DNA of 64,000 nucleotides, taken from assembly GCA_013265495.1 (NCBI GenBank), contig MU058198.1:2678419-2742418 (forward strand), given 5' to 3'. A program made the position numbers and the translations under genes. Origin of the DNA: Vicugna vicugna. Lineage: Eukaryota. The notes under the pieces were generated by a model that did not search any database, had not been told where the DNA came from, and saw only the letters and a list, made by a program, of their open reading frames with translations. This document shows, piece after piece, positions 36,264 to 49,025 of the stretch; within the stretch, counting starts at the first letter, position 1; each line of letters starts with the position of its first letter.

Positions 36264-37384
36264 GTGCCCGCTGGTGAATGGAGTCATCTGTTTTAGTTTT
36301 CGTTTTTCCTGTGTGAAAGCACCTTATGTAGGGTGGTTTGTCCAAGTGGGTGTTGGGACAGACAGGGGAAATCAGTGCTTATTTGGGCTTGTTGATCTGA
36401 CTTGCCTTTATAGGGTGTGGGAGGATATGTCCCTTGGTGGAATCTATGGGGTTGAGTCCACCAGGTTGGTCATGGCCCAAGGAAGCCTGTCTTGCAGTCT
36501 ATTCCAGGCACCCTCCAGGGCTCTGGGAAGGGAACAGGAGCCCAGCCTCTCAAGCCACTGCTGCCTGGAGCCCACACCCTGACTTAGGGGGCAGAGGCTG
36601 GCGGCAGGCTCTACCACATTCTCCCCTTCACTGCCCCAACATGGCACCTCTCCAGGAAGGGTAGTCCCCTATCAGACCTCAGCGAATTCCTTTTACTGGG
36701 CAGAAATTTCTCGAAGCTGCTGACATGTCAATTACACCCCATCTGTATCCTCCAATAGGTACTGGTGAGTGGAGGTGCTGGAAAGCTGTGCTCACAACCT
36801 TGAGAATTATGAAGAGAAATATTTCTCTTGAAACACCTCTAAATAGCCTTTTCTAAAAGGTAAACTAGTTTATTCAGCTCAAAACAGGGAAGGAGCATGC
36901 CGGCTTTCTTCCTTTAGTGAGCAGTTTTTAAAATTTTTTTTTATTTTTTAAAGTCTGCTACTTTTTTGGAGGAAAATGCTAGGTGGATTTGGAGTTGTTT
37001 GGGGAGCTCACTTATGAATGGCATTTCCTCTTTCATCAATGTCTGTTCAGGCCACAAAGGGTTATTTTAAAATGGCCTGATTCTCCCTGCAGGGAAGCCC
37101 TGCCTTGGAGATACAACTAATTATACCAGCTCTGGGGAATCTCTGAGCTCATTTCAAGGTAGATCAGAGATGATTTCTGAAAATGTATTCATTGCTGAGT
37201 GGCTTTCATGGGAGAAGTGAGGGAGGGGACGGACGGTGCTTCCTCAGGACTAATTGATTGTTTGTGTGCAATGAGAAACATAGCTCTTGGAATCTGTTCT
37301 AGGTTTTAATTTTTTATTCTATAGCCAAGATCTGTTATTACTAGAAAATTCAATAAATTAATGGACTCTGCAAATCAGTATAAA

Positions 37385-37665
37385 ATGATTAGTAGGTCAG
37401 AGGGAGGCCAGCCAGGGCAGGGAGGCAAAGGCAGGGGTGGGACTGAGGAGGACTGGAAAACAAGGTACCCATCTTAGGGGACGGCTGCCACTCACCTCTG
37501 GCTGACTTCTGCCACGTGGGAAGACAGGCTTCGTGTTGCCCTGTCTTCCAGGTTTTTCAAAAGAGGCTGATTTTTGCGTGAAATTAGTTGGCAGCTAAAT
37601 TCACAACATCTCTGCTGGTCACAGAAGATGTAAATGATGTAGTCCACTTGTGGCAATCTTGGGTC
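37385..37665. mobile_element. MER102-like hAT-Charlie relic
   Basis: 'ggctgccactcacctctggctgacttctgccacgtggg...tgttgcc...tttttcaaaagaggctg...tgcgtgaaat'; resembles 60285-60640. Confidence 0.55.
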
Positions 37666-38007
37666 TAGACTATGAAGTAATTATTTTATCTCAGTGATTT
37701 ACATCTCCTGGGGGGGGATTTATTTAGTGATTTTATCTCCAGTGAGTTACCCTCACAAAAAGGGAGAAGATTAAATTTTGGGTGCCCATACCTTGGGACT
37801 TTGTTTCTCTTTTCTTATTGGGAGGAGACTGGTATTTTCAGAACTCTGCTCCTAAAGGATCCTATGATCAAAGTGGGAAAATATAGTCCATGTCCAACCA
37901 TTGACCCAAGCAGAGAATGACCACCAGGGAAACCACCAAAGTGAGCCATGAGGGCTGACAGTCAGCTCCTGCCTGTCACTTTCCCAGCCCCGTGTGGTGT
38001 CCAGTGG

Positions 38008-38127
38008 AAGCTGCCATGTAAGGTTGTATAGGTTGTGTACTGTTCAACTGTAGAGGGCCTCATTCATATCATAGACTATGTGAATGGCACGCTGTGGGGT
38101 TGTGCAGTGTTATCACACAAGCCCTGC
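38008..38127. mobile_element. MER91A-like palindromic hAT MITE
   Basis: 'ggttgtgtactgttcaac...cattcatat catagact atgtgaatgg...gttgtgcagtgt' is internally palindromic. Confidence 0.7.
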
Positions 38128-39519
38128 CAGAGACCAGATGTCACATGTTCCAGAAGAGGCAGTGATGTCACATTTGCCTGAATAGTAGGGAGTAATTAAA
38201 AAAAAAAACTTTAATAGCAGTAACTAAGAAAATAGAGAAAACTAATTTTGTACAGTATAATAAGTGTAGACTTGAGAAATGCATGAATCTAAATGGATGG
38301 TGAGTGGAGGGAGAAATGGGTGATTCCTGGGAGGGGCATTCCTCAGGTTTCACAAGGAGATGGACAGAGAGCCTTAACCATTAGGCAGGGTGGAGGAGAG
38401 GGGAAAGAGGTAACCATTTTGTAGTTCTTAAGATGCCACTTAAAACAAAGGGGCAATTTTTCTCCGACCTATTTTGAGCCCAAAAAGTAGGCAGAGTACT
38501 TTTCTTAACAGTAAGAGCTCTTGAGGGAAGTACAAACAATGAGGGTGGCTTGGTAAGTCCCACCCTCAATAAAATGAAAAAATTTTCACTTATTGAAGTG
38601 AATGAGGTCAGATGTCCCAAGGGGCTTCCAGCGTCACATAGAAATATTTATCAGATGTGGAAACATGTTCACAACATGCTGTTAAATGAAAATCAGTCTA
38701 TAAAAAGATGCTATGAACGGTGTTTGTTTAAAAAAGGCATTCTTCTTTCCCTCTCTAAAAAAAAAATGAGTTTGTCTTGCGAATAAACAGATGTTTAGAA
38801 AATAAAAGGTTACCAAGGGCATTCACGAAAATGCTTACCTGGCTACAACTGACTTTTTGTATTTTGCATTTTTCTTTTTCTCAGGGTGTCTGCATTAAGA
38901 ATTATTACCTGAGGAGTAAAAAAAAAACACATACACACAATGAATATAATTCAGTATGAATATTCCCAATGCGAAGTTTTGAATAACATGCTTAATAACA
39001 CAGAAAATGAAGATGATATGTGTTCAGTGAAAAAAGTAGATGGTAAGATTTGTTACATGTGGAACGATGCCATGTTTATAGTAGTTTATGGGTCCGTGCA
39101 TCTGTGCGCAGGAAAAGACAGTGGTTGTCACTAGTCAGTAAGCCTAGGGATGATTTCTTATTCTTTTTTTTTCTGTATTTTCTGTTATAACAACTATAAT
39201 TAATCTTGCAATAAATTTTTAAAATAAGAAAAATTTCTGTTATATCTATATTACGTTTACTGTATTTACATTGCACATTTATTACAGCTACGTTCTAGCT
39301 ACATTGTATTATTATAGCTACATGATATTATATTTACTTGCTACTTGGTAACTAAAATTATTTAAATATGAATACCCACAGGATATCAGCAAAAGCATAC
39401 AGGTCAGGAAACATCTCTGTAAACATTTTGTAAGACTTTACAACTTTAAACTCTTCATATTCATTTTTTTGTTTGTTTCCTGACTATTTCCATGTGGTAA
39501 TTGCAGTAAAACCCTGAAA

Positions 39520-40035
39520 ACAGTAATAATGAGAAAAGACTGGTTTGATCATGTCATTGCCCTGCTGAGAAACCTTCCGTAGCTCCCTACTGCTGTAGAA
39601 TAAAGTCCAGACTCCCTTTGCAGACTTATAAGGCCATTGATGAGCTAGCTTTGCCTGCCTCTCTGGCCTCTGGTGTCCCCTGCCCTTGGTCCTTGTGCCA
39701 CTCCAGCCACGCACCCACCCTCTCCCCAGCAATCTTGGACTCCCGCTGGAACATCCTTCTTCCATGCCTCAAAACTCCCACACAGGGTTGAGGTACCAGC
39801 AAAACGTCTCTTTCTTTCAGCTCTTTCTGCTGCCCTGTTCAGTCATTCTTATTTATATATTTTCTCAGCACCTTGTGTGTCCCCTATTAAAGCACCGTGA
39901 TGCTGTTGTCACCTCTTGTTTAGCTGTCCCCGCTCCCCATGAGACTTGTGTCCTAGGCATCTTGCTCACTGTGTATTCCTAATGCAAGACCACAGGCGGT
40001 GCAATGAAGATTTGCAGAATGAGCGAAGGAGTGAA
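39520..40035 (+). mobile_element. L2 3' portion
   Basis: 'tgatcatgtcattgccctgctgagaaacc...agaataaagtccagactcc', terminal 'cttgctcactgtgtattcctaatgc'. Confidence 0.75.
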
Positions 40036-41319
40036 GGCTTACCTTTAGGGTAAGCAGTGCAGAAAGGGAGGACTCCGAGGTTCCCATCCATCACGCAGCC
40101 TTTAGGGAGGGTGTGAATTGCGTGGGTAGGTTACAAAGGATTCCAAGAGTCTAAAGCATCATAGAAGAAAAGCTCAGTTGAGGCTTTGGTTAATCCTTGA
40201 AAGAAGAGCCGACCAGACAGAAGGACTGGAAAGTGCTCGCTGGCCAGAGTGGCGAGGATAGAGTGAGCAGGGGTAGAGGGGGAGGGCGGTGAGGGAAATG
40301 GGAGTTGTAGGAAGTGACCCAGGAGAGATTTTAGGTCGATTGCAAAAGCCGTTTAGTCCATACTTGGAGCTTTAGGCAACATGGAGCCAGCCGAGATGGG
40401 TTTTGTTCTGCACGGTTATTTAAACAAGTGGATTTAACAAATGGGAACAATGCCAATTAGCTCTCTGTCACAGCCTCCATGCGACAACCGTGCCGCGCTC
40501 CATGTCAAAGAAATCCCCAACATGCGAACAGCTCATTTGCTCTGAAGGACTCAGCTATTCCATTCGAAATATGTTACAGGAAACAAGCTTATAAACGGTG
40601 TTTACAGGCGGAGTCTTTTGGGAGCCAGAGCATTTCTGTTTTGCCGAAGCTCTTTAAAAAATTTATAGCAAGATCAACATTATAATGCCAATAAAAGGAA
40701 TTTGTAAAAAGCCAAACAAATAAAGAAACGTAACCACCAGTTGAACACAGGAGGATACAAAAAGTCTTGTGCTACAGATTTACTGGTGGAGAGGGAGAGT
40801 TTCTTAAAAAAATTTTTTTTGATGAAAATAATACATGTTCATTATTTAAAAATGAAAAAGGAAAGGAAGAAACAAAGAAAACAGAGAGTACAAAATAACT
40901 TTTAATGAAAAACCATCTTCTTGACCTACCCCTTCCCACTCTCAGTCCTGTTTCTCAGAGGCAAACAGTTTTAACCCGTCTTCATTTTTTTTCCTAGCGG
41001 CTACCCTCACATCTCTAAATCACGTGCAAAACTCGCTACTCCTTGGTTTATCAACTGTAGGCACTACCTACTGACTGTCAGCTCTGACGAACAGGCATTT
41101 TATTCATCTTTCACGGTATCCCATCTTCTCTCTCTCATCTTCCTGCTATAATTACCTTATTATATGGAATTACCGTTGCAATTTTAGGAATAAACTTACA
41201 CCAAAATTTTACATTTGAGGCTCTTGTAAATGTGAAGCATCTGATAGCCCCAGAAGGAGGAGGTCAGATGGCCATGGGAGGGGTGAATTGACAAAGTTTT
41301 GGGGGCAACCATTATGCCT

Positions 41320-41990
41320 CTTTTTCTGTTACAGTCCATATCCGAAGCACCGGCAGATTCTCTTGGCTCTGCTTTCAAGACACAGCCAGAGGTTTTTTTG
41401 TTTGTTTGTTTTATGTGTGTGTGTGTCTGTGTGTGTATATTTAAGATAACATTGATTTATAACATTTTATGTTTCATGTATACGTTATGTTTCTACTTCT
41501 GTATATGGTAGAGCTCAAAAAATTAAGAACTACCATATGATTCAGCTGTTCCACTTTATCTATCCAAAGAATACGAAACATATCCAGAGTTTCACAGCAT
41601 CTCCCGCTGTCCGTGGTGCTTCGGTGTCGGGCAGAGCCCTGTCTTCTCTTCCTGGATTATTGCCATCCCCTTCTGATGGGGCTCTCACTTTCTGCTCTTG
41701 CTTCTCTGCAGAGCAAGCCTTTTCAAATGGAAGCTGGAGTATGTCCCTTCTCTGCTCAGAAGCATCCCATGACTCCCCACTTCACTCAGAGTCCCACTCC
41801 CCGCTGCACCTGGACCCCAGCCCCCACCCCGATTTTGCCCCTGACCACTTGGCCCCTTGCTCACTCTTCCTCACTGGCCTTGATGTTCCTGGGCCAACCC
41901 AAGCACACTCCCACCTCCGGTCCTGTGCACTTTCATCCTTTGTCTGGAATATTCTTCCCCCACCAATCTGCATGGCTCACTCCCTTTCCT
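41320..41990 (+). mobile_element. L2 fragment split by an inverted L1 insertion
   Basis: 'cctggattattgccatcccc...tcccttctctgctcaga...gtctggaatattcttcccccaccaatctgcatggctcactccc'. Confidence 0.75.
41392..41577 (-). mobile_element. Short 5'-inverted (twin-primed) L1 insertion
   Basis: T-rich tail plus antisense L1 3' end (41392-41508) abutting sense L1 'aagaactaccatatgattcagc...ccac...tatccaaagaa' (41509-41577); TSD acacagccagag / acatatccagag. Confidence 0.7.
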
Positions 41991-42655
41991 GTGCAGCTCT
42001 GGAGGGAGTAGTAATAAGTACATGAGATGCTCGGGGCAGACCATTTCTTGAGGAAATCTGGAGGAGGAGGGGGGAGGAAAACGGGGTACTAGGAAGAGAC
42101 AGGTTGGGGGGAAGCTTTTAACAGTAAATTGGCCCCAGGCATGATTTTTTTGGTTAAAGTAGAAGGAGCTGTGGGAAAAAAGAGAGGCTAGGCATCGAAG
42201 AAAGAGAGAAAAGTTAATGTGGAGAGAATATCCCCAAGGAGGCAGAGGGCACAGATCAAAAGCATCAGTGGATGAAACAAAATTATTTTAATATTAAATA
42301 TTAATTATTGCTTTAACGAGTTCATGCCTGAAAGCAGTAATTTTCTCTCTGAAATAGAAGGCAGGGTCTAATCCTGGGGGACTGGGCTAATTTAGGGGGC
42401 AAGAGGAGGGGGCCATGTGGGGCTGAAGCACACCAGCTGCTGAGGGGAGCAAGAATGGGAGATGATTGGGGGTGTATAAAAGCTTTGCCCTGCCTGCTGA
42501 GGGCCAAGCAAGGCTGGAGACCTTGAACTTGAAGGGTCCCCCTGTATCTGCTTGCATGGTTTATTTTTTCCCCTAATAATGCTCAGCCGTCCTTTAATGA
42601 TAAAATAACAATAATAAGTATCATTTAGTGGAGGACTATCATTTTCCCCATTTTA

Positions 42656-42801
42656 TTGTATTATTATTTTTAAAGCTTTTTTACGGGGGAGGTAATTAGG
42701 TTTATTTATTTATTTTTTTTAATGGAGGTACTGGGGATTGAACCCAGGACCCTGTGCATGCTAAGCATGTGTTCTACCACTGAGCTATACCCTCCATCCC
42801 C
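42656..42801 (-). mobile_element. Vic-1-type camelid SINE inserted in a MIR
   Basis: 'ggggaggtaattaggtttattt...aatggaggtactggggattgaacccaggacc...gcatgctaagc...ctaccactgagctataccctcc'; approximate TSD ending cccatttta. Confidence 0.9.
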
Positions 42802-42865
42802 CACTCCTCCCATTTTAGAAATGAGGAAACTGAGGCACAGAGAGGTTACACAGCCAGTTAGTGGT

Positions 42866-43414
42866 TATCTTGGTCAGGGTTCTCCTGAGAAACAGAACCA
42901 GTAGGCTATAGCTCTCTATCTCTCTGTCTCTGTCTCTTTCTCTCAGCTACAGGGAAATCACTGAGGAAGAAGCAGACATAGAAAATAATGAACAAACATG
43001 TCTTCCAGATGAGGCGGGAGGGAATGGAATACTCTCTGAAGACAATGAATGATTGATCCACATGATTACAGAGGCTGACAAGTGCCAGGCTCTGGGCTGG
43101 CAAGCTGGAGACCCAGGAGAGCCCATGTTTCAGTTTGAATTCAAAGGCAGGAAAGAACCAGTGTCCCAGCTCAGTAATCAGGCAGGAGTTCCTTCGTAGT
43201 CAGGGAGGGTCAGCCTTTTTGTTCTATTCAGGACTTCTACTGATTAGATGGAGCTCACCCACATGAGGGAGGGCAATCTGCTTTACTCTGCCTGCCTATT
43301 CAACTGTCAATTTCACCCAGAAACAGCCTTGCAGACATGCCTGGAATAATGCTTGACCAAATGCCCGGGCACCCCAAGGCCCAGTCAAGTTGACACATAA
43401 TCTGAACCATCACA
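42866..43414 (-). mobile_element. MLT2B-like ERVL solo LTR inserted in a MIR
   Basis: 5-bp TSD GTGGT (42861-42865 / 43415-43419); 'cagggttctcctgagaaacagaacc', 'gggagggcaatctgctttactc', 'cccagtcaagttgacacataa...ccatcaca'. Confidence 0.88.
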
Positions 43415-43639
43415 GTGGTGGAACCCAAATCCTAACCCAGGCGATCTCCACCCACTGGAGTCCAAAGCTGAAAACCTGCTGGTGTGGTGAACAACAGGCT
43501 GAGATACTGAGGAATGGTTGATGTAATTCCCCAAGGAAAATGTAAGCGGAGACATACTAGTACTGATGGTGTTATTAATAGTAATTCATATTTTTGGAAG
43601 TGAAGTCAGGACTGGGAGGTAGTAGAAGCCTCTGGTGGA

Positions 43640-44480
43640 TGTGTTAGATAGGGTATAGGCTTAGCTGCTGTAACGAATGGACCTGAAAGTACAGAGGCTT
43701 AAATAGAATGAAAGGTGATCTCTTTCTCACATGACAGTCTACAGGTGGGTAGGGGGGTTTTGCCAACCTCAATACATGGCTCCATCTCTAGGTCCGGCTC
43801 TTCTAGTTGCGCCCACCTCCCAGATTGAGGGAAGAAGGGAGGCACAGGGCAGTGCAGGCTTGTCCTCTTTACAGTCTACAAGTGGACCATCCAATATGGT
43901 GGCCAAATGCCACCAAAAGGTTACTTTAGACTAAGGGAGTGAATTTTGTATTTAACTTAATGTTAGCTAGTTTAAATTGAAATTAAAAAGGAATACTCTG
44001 TTCAGTTATTGGAAAACTTAAGTGTGTTTGGAACAACTTGGATCTATGAATATATACTTTTTCAACTGTGAATTTTATGAAGTCTAAATACAGATCAACT
44101 ATTTTGAGTGAAAAGCTAGCATCATTATAGAGATGTGCTACAAATATAAAATATCCACTGGATTTTGAAGACTGAGTATGGGAGAACAAATGTAAAATAG
44201 CTCATGACTAATTTAAAAATATTGATTACATGTTGAAATGGTAACATTTTGAATATGGTGGGTTAAATAAAATATATCATTAGAGCGAATATAACCTGTT
44301 TCTCTCTACTTTTTGAAAATATGCCTACTGGAGAGTTCAAAATTATGCGGCTCACATTACATTTCTATTGAACTGTGCTGGTCTAGAGTCCTGGAAAACG
44401 TACATAGCACTCAAGCCGGCATCCCATTGGCCAGAAATCAGTCACGAGATAATTACCTTCCTGTTTAGAAGAGAAGCACA
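43640..44480 (-). mobile_element. MLT1J-like LTR split by a Charlie1 relic
   Basis: 'ggcttagctgctgtaac...ggcttaaatagaat...tctttctcacatg' and 'catcccattggccagaaatcagtcac'. Confidence 0.6.
43880..44380. mobile_element. Charlie1/MER33-family hAT relic
   Basis: 'ttcaactgtgaattttatgaagtctaaatacagatca', 'attgattacatgttgaaatg', terminal 'atttctattgaactgtgctg'; target-like gtctacaa / gtctagag. Confidence 0.8.
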
Positions 44481-44694
44481 CATGTAATTCTTCCCAGTAA
44501 GTGTATAGACACCATTGCGGAGTTGCACTTTAAATTCTGATGGTGCATTTGAATTTCATACACATCACCATATCATCTTTATTAGGACCAGCATAAGGCC
44601 CGGCTTAGTGTAGGTCCTCAACAAACATTTGTTGAATAAATATAGGAATAAATTAGGCCATTTGGATGAAGATAAAAGGATGGAAGGTAGAATA

Positions 44695-45230
44695 CATAAT
44701 TCATTCATTGAATAAATACTTTAATATTTTCCCTTCCGGGCACTGGCAATAGAGCAGTGAACAAAACAGACAAAAATTCCTGTTCCCTGGAGGAGTGAGG
44801 CTTAAAATAATCATATAAGCCTGTAATAAATGATATGATGTTCATAATAAATACTATGAATAAAAATACAAGAGACTGGAGAGATTAAGAGAGACGGGGG
44901 GGGTGCATTTCTGATAGGGTGACCCGAGAAGCATCTTTGAGTTGGCAACATCTGTCCAGAGACCTGAGTGAAGCAGACAAGCTAGACTTGGAGATGTCTG
45001 GTGTAAAAGCATTACAGGCAGAAGGAGCAGCGAGTGCAAAGGTCCTGAGGCCAGCACGTGCTAGTGTTTGTGGAGTAACAGCAAGCAGGCAACGTCACTG
45101 CAGAGGTGAGGGTAAGAGTGAGAGAGACACAGACAGGATATGTTGGAACAGAAGGCAGGGGCCAAAAGATTTGGATTCTCTGTGGGAAGGTGGCCACCAG
45201 AAGAGTCTTCTTCTTTGAAGTTGTTTAAAA
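44695..45230 (-). mobile_element. L2 3' end
   Basis: 'tcattcattgaataaatact...agcagtgaacaaaacagacaaaaattcctg', 'caggcagaaggagcagcgagtgcaaaggtcctgagg'. Confidence 0.8.
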
Positions 45231-46074
45231 TTGTTACTGCATCTTTTGTGAGCTCTTCCTGCCACAAGAGGCGTGGAGGTGTGCAAAGCATTATGAAGCT
45301 GGGCCAAGGCCGGGCGAGACCCCGGCTTTCTCTGACTTCTGCTGAAGGGCTTTCAGAAGTTGGTTTACTTAGCTGTGTTTAGCATGCCCACACTTTCTCT
45401 TTAGGTCGCTGAAGAGGGAGCAGAGAGCTGTTTTGGGCTTCCTTCCAGACTTGGAATTAGTTTGTTTTCTGTCTTTTATCACAAATATCCTGCTGCCCTT
45501 TGCCAGTATTCCTGGTAATGGAACCTTTTTGTTTTGTTATATTTTAATCTGCTTAGTGCATGTGGCTTGTCTATCTGGCCCCACAAATCACTGGTTATCA
45601 TCACAGTCAATGGTCTGTGTCCAGCCAATTTCACAGACAAACACCTCTCTCCTGGTCACGGTCCCCAACGTGAGGAAGTCTGATTTACAAAGTCAATAAA
45701 AATGCATTCAGGGAATTACTGGGCCTGCTGGCTTAATAGATGAGATTAAAATCTCCAAGTTTAGGACACTAAGAAGTCATTTAACACGCGTAAGGTGGCA
45801 AGTGGGTTATGGAAATGTCAGCTGGTCAGGGACGGGCACCACTGGAAGAGGACTTACTGGATGACAAAAGGACTAATTGATTATTTGCCTTCAGTGCCTT
45901 TCCCAGCATGACTTGGGGAACAGATATCATAGTATATTTCACTGGTCACTTTGGAGAGCAGACACTTTTTTTGTTTTTTTTTTTAGTGGAAGACCATCTA
46001 GAACAAAAAAACGTAAGGCATTTTTTAAGGAATTTTTTTAGATTAAAATTTTCCTCATTACCAAATGAACGTGT

Positions 46075-46397
46075 TCATTTTAGGTTGGCTTACCTGGAAG
46101 GCAGGAGGGAGTACAGCAGGACTGGGGCAGAGGGAGAAACTGGGCTGTGATGCATCACAACAAAGGCCTCAGGTGATCCCTTGGGAGCTCTGGAGATGGG
46201 AGGAAGGCATGCAACCAGGCCTTCGCATGCCAACGTGGACCAGTCATTAGACGCAGATGTCCCCGGGAAGTGGACGTGACCCTGGGTGAGTCCACTCCTT
46301 CAGCTGTGGACAATTCCTGAAAAGTGTCTCAGAAACTGGGGGCAGGAGAGCCTCCTGGGAGCAGGGACCTTAGTGGTGCGTCACAGTATCCACTACA
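46075..46397 (-). mobile_element. LTR16A-like ERVL LTR
   Basis: 'gcaggactggggcagagggagaaactgggctgtgatgca...ggagctctggag...cacagtatccactaca'. Confidence 0.7.
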
Positions 46398-46399
46398 AT

Positions 46400-47530
46400 G
46401 GACAGTTTAGAAAACAGCAAAAAGAAGAAAATAAAAATTACTCCATTTCACCTACCTGAGAAAAGGATTAACTTTTCTGTATATATCATCTCCATCTTTT
46501 GTATCATGCAGACATGTGTATGTGTATGAAACGTGTATTGTCTGTGTATGCACACACATACACGTATGCACCCACATATATATGGGTAAAAATAAATCAT
46601 ACTATTTCATAGTTTGCTTTTTCCTGAATATAGCAAAAACATTTTCTCTGTTAACACAGATTGAAATAGACACAGCTAGCCTTTTGTCCTCCAATTTCAT
46701 ATCAAAGAATTTTCATTAAGGAAATAATCTGAGATGTACATACAAGATGTTTATTGCAGCATTGTTTATACTGGTTAGAAAAATCTAGAACAGCCTAATG
46801 TCCAACAGTAAGGATCTGATTAAACACATCATGGGATATCTCTACCATGGCCACATAATCAGATGTCTGTTTCAATGATGTAAGAAACTGTGCCCAATAT
46901 ATATGGCTCAATACTGGGAAAAAATCCAGGATACAAAACACTAGCATTTGGTAGGAAAAAAGTATATATACATTGGGAAAAAATAGTAGATTAACCACCA
47001 AAATGTTCCCAATGGTTATATCTGAACGATGGAATCATGATGCTTTGCTTTGCTTTGCTTTTTTCTTTCTTTTCCTTTCTTTTTAATTGTTTTTTCATCC
47101 TTTTTTTCTGAATGTATTATTTTATAAATAGAAAAAATTTTTAAACATTTTTGGTTGGTGCCTCCATTTTTTAACAACACTTTAAAAATTAAAATGGTAA
47201 TTGATGTATATGGCAAAATAGTTGATAAAACAAAATGGTATACAATAAAAAGTTACCTCTCTCCTATTTCAGAAGTCCCCCTCTTCCCCAGTTCTCCCCC
47301 TAAGAGGCAACCACCGTGAGCAATTTCTTTTACATCCTTGTCAGGATGTTTTATGTAATGTATATACACATACAGAAACACACATGTGCACACTCATGCA
47401 TGTAAGAGAGAGAGCATACACTATACACTATGTAACACCCCCCCAACTTGAAATGTATCTTGCAGTACTTTCCAAGTCACAACATAGAGATGAGCTTCAT
47501 TCTTTTAGTGTCTCAGTCATGTTTTACACC
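46400..47530. mobile_element. Cluster of old L1ME-type 3' fragments in mixed orientation
   Basis: 'agatgtttattgcagcattgtttata...aacagcctaatgtccaacagtaagg' and 'agaggcaaccaccgtgagcaatttc'. Confidence 0.55.
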
Positions 47531-48669
47531 CACCACCCCCAAGACGGAGGTGGGAGTGAGTGGTAATTCACAGTAGATGTACAGGAAGTGTTTGTTGGAT
47601 GAGTGAGCTTACTGAAGAGGTAAGAGAGGATTCCATCCCTCCCATGTCATCTAGAAGATGCTTCTCTGCGTTGTTTTCTGTCCAGGCTTCTTCCCCGGTC
47701 CTTTCCCTCTAGTCTCTGTACGCACGCTCATCTCACCCTCAAAGGCAGGAAAGAAGGAAAGGAGGGATGGAGGAGGGGAGATGGAAGGAAAGGAAGGAAA
47801 ATGAAAATAGAAAATCTCTCAACCTGACTTCTCACACCCTTCCTGGACAGCTGACTCATACCCCTGTTCAAGGCCAGGTGTCCTTCTAGGTTATTTCAGT
47901 AAACAAAAACTTAAGAGTGTCTGCCCTCACGGAGTTGCATTCTAGTGACATTCGAGATGGACACTAAACAAAGATGTCAGATGCCGGTAGGAGCTCTGCG
48001 CAGTGTGTTCAGCATCCAAGTCTCCTTGAGCAAGTCTCCACTACCCTCTGAGGGCACAGGTGGGCCACCCTGCTCTGGCCTGTAGCTTGTGGCCAGGGGG
48101 CGCCTGTGTCTTCCTCATCTTCCACAGGACCCCCCTCCTCTTGTGCACCCTGCTGTCCTGCCAACTTCTCCTGGATGTCTCAGGCCACCATTAATTGAGC
48201 ACCAAGTTCTACATGCCTGATGCTGATATAAGTATTTTACATCTATGAACCTGGATGAATCTTTTGACATAGGTACTATCTCCATTTTGCAGATGAGAAA
48301 ACTGAGAACCACAGAGGAATGAGAAAATTTGAACCATGGCAGACTCTCAGGTGTCCTTAATGTTACACATTAAATATGTGTTGACAGATAGGCAACCATC
48401 TCTTCTTAAAAGTTGGGAATCTTGCCTTTGGGGTAAATATTTATAGGATAATTGATTTTTCACTCACTGGCTCTTGATTTTTTTTGCAACTGTTAAACTG
48501 ATAATCAGTTAAGTTATTTAGCATATTATGACTAGCACCTACTCTGTTCCAGGAATTTTCTAGGCATTGGAGAGACAAAGATTAGGATGGACTGGTCCTC
48601 TGGTGGATCTAGGGGTGATGATGTAAACAACTGACCATAAGAGAATGCAGGTTGGATTACATCAAATGT

Positions 48670-49025
48670 AAAAGTAATGACAGTAACTTGGCCAGCAACA
48701 TTTATTGAGTATCTGGACAATGTGTTAAGCACTTTATAGGCACTGACTGACAGGAGCCTCATAAGAATCCTGAGATTTTACAGGTGAGGAAAAGCAGGCT
48801 TAGAGAAGGTCAGGGACGACGCCCCAGTCAGATTTAAATTTCAGAGACGCTTGTTTCATACTTAGACCCCCAAATTATTCACTGTTTATCTGAAATTCAA
48901 ATTTCACTGTGTGTTCTGTATTTTTATTTGCTAAATCTGACAGCCCAAGCTCAAGGTCAGCCAACCAGCAATTGAACCCAAATTTGTCTCCCTTTAGGGA
49001 TGGCTCTTGGGACCACCATGCACTA
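48670..49025 (-). mobile_element. MIR containing a MER53-like hAT MITE (48810-48948)
   Basis: MIR 'aacatttattgagt...tttacaggtgaggaaa'; MER53 'tttatctgaaattcaaattt...ctgtatttttatttgctaaatctgacagccc'. Confidence 0.72.

Noticed and set aside
42722..42800. tRNA-Ala(AGC)-like sequence with A and B boxes (also ~15300-15375)
   Set aside because: It has a SINE tail and TSD, substitutions in the stems and multiple copies, so it is a tRNA-derived SINE rather than a tRNA gene.
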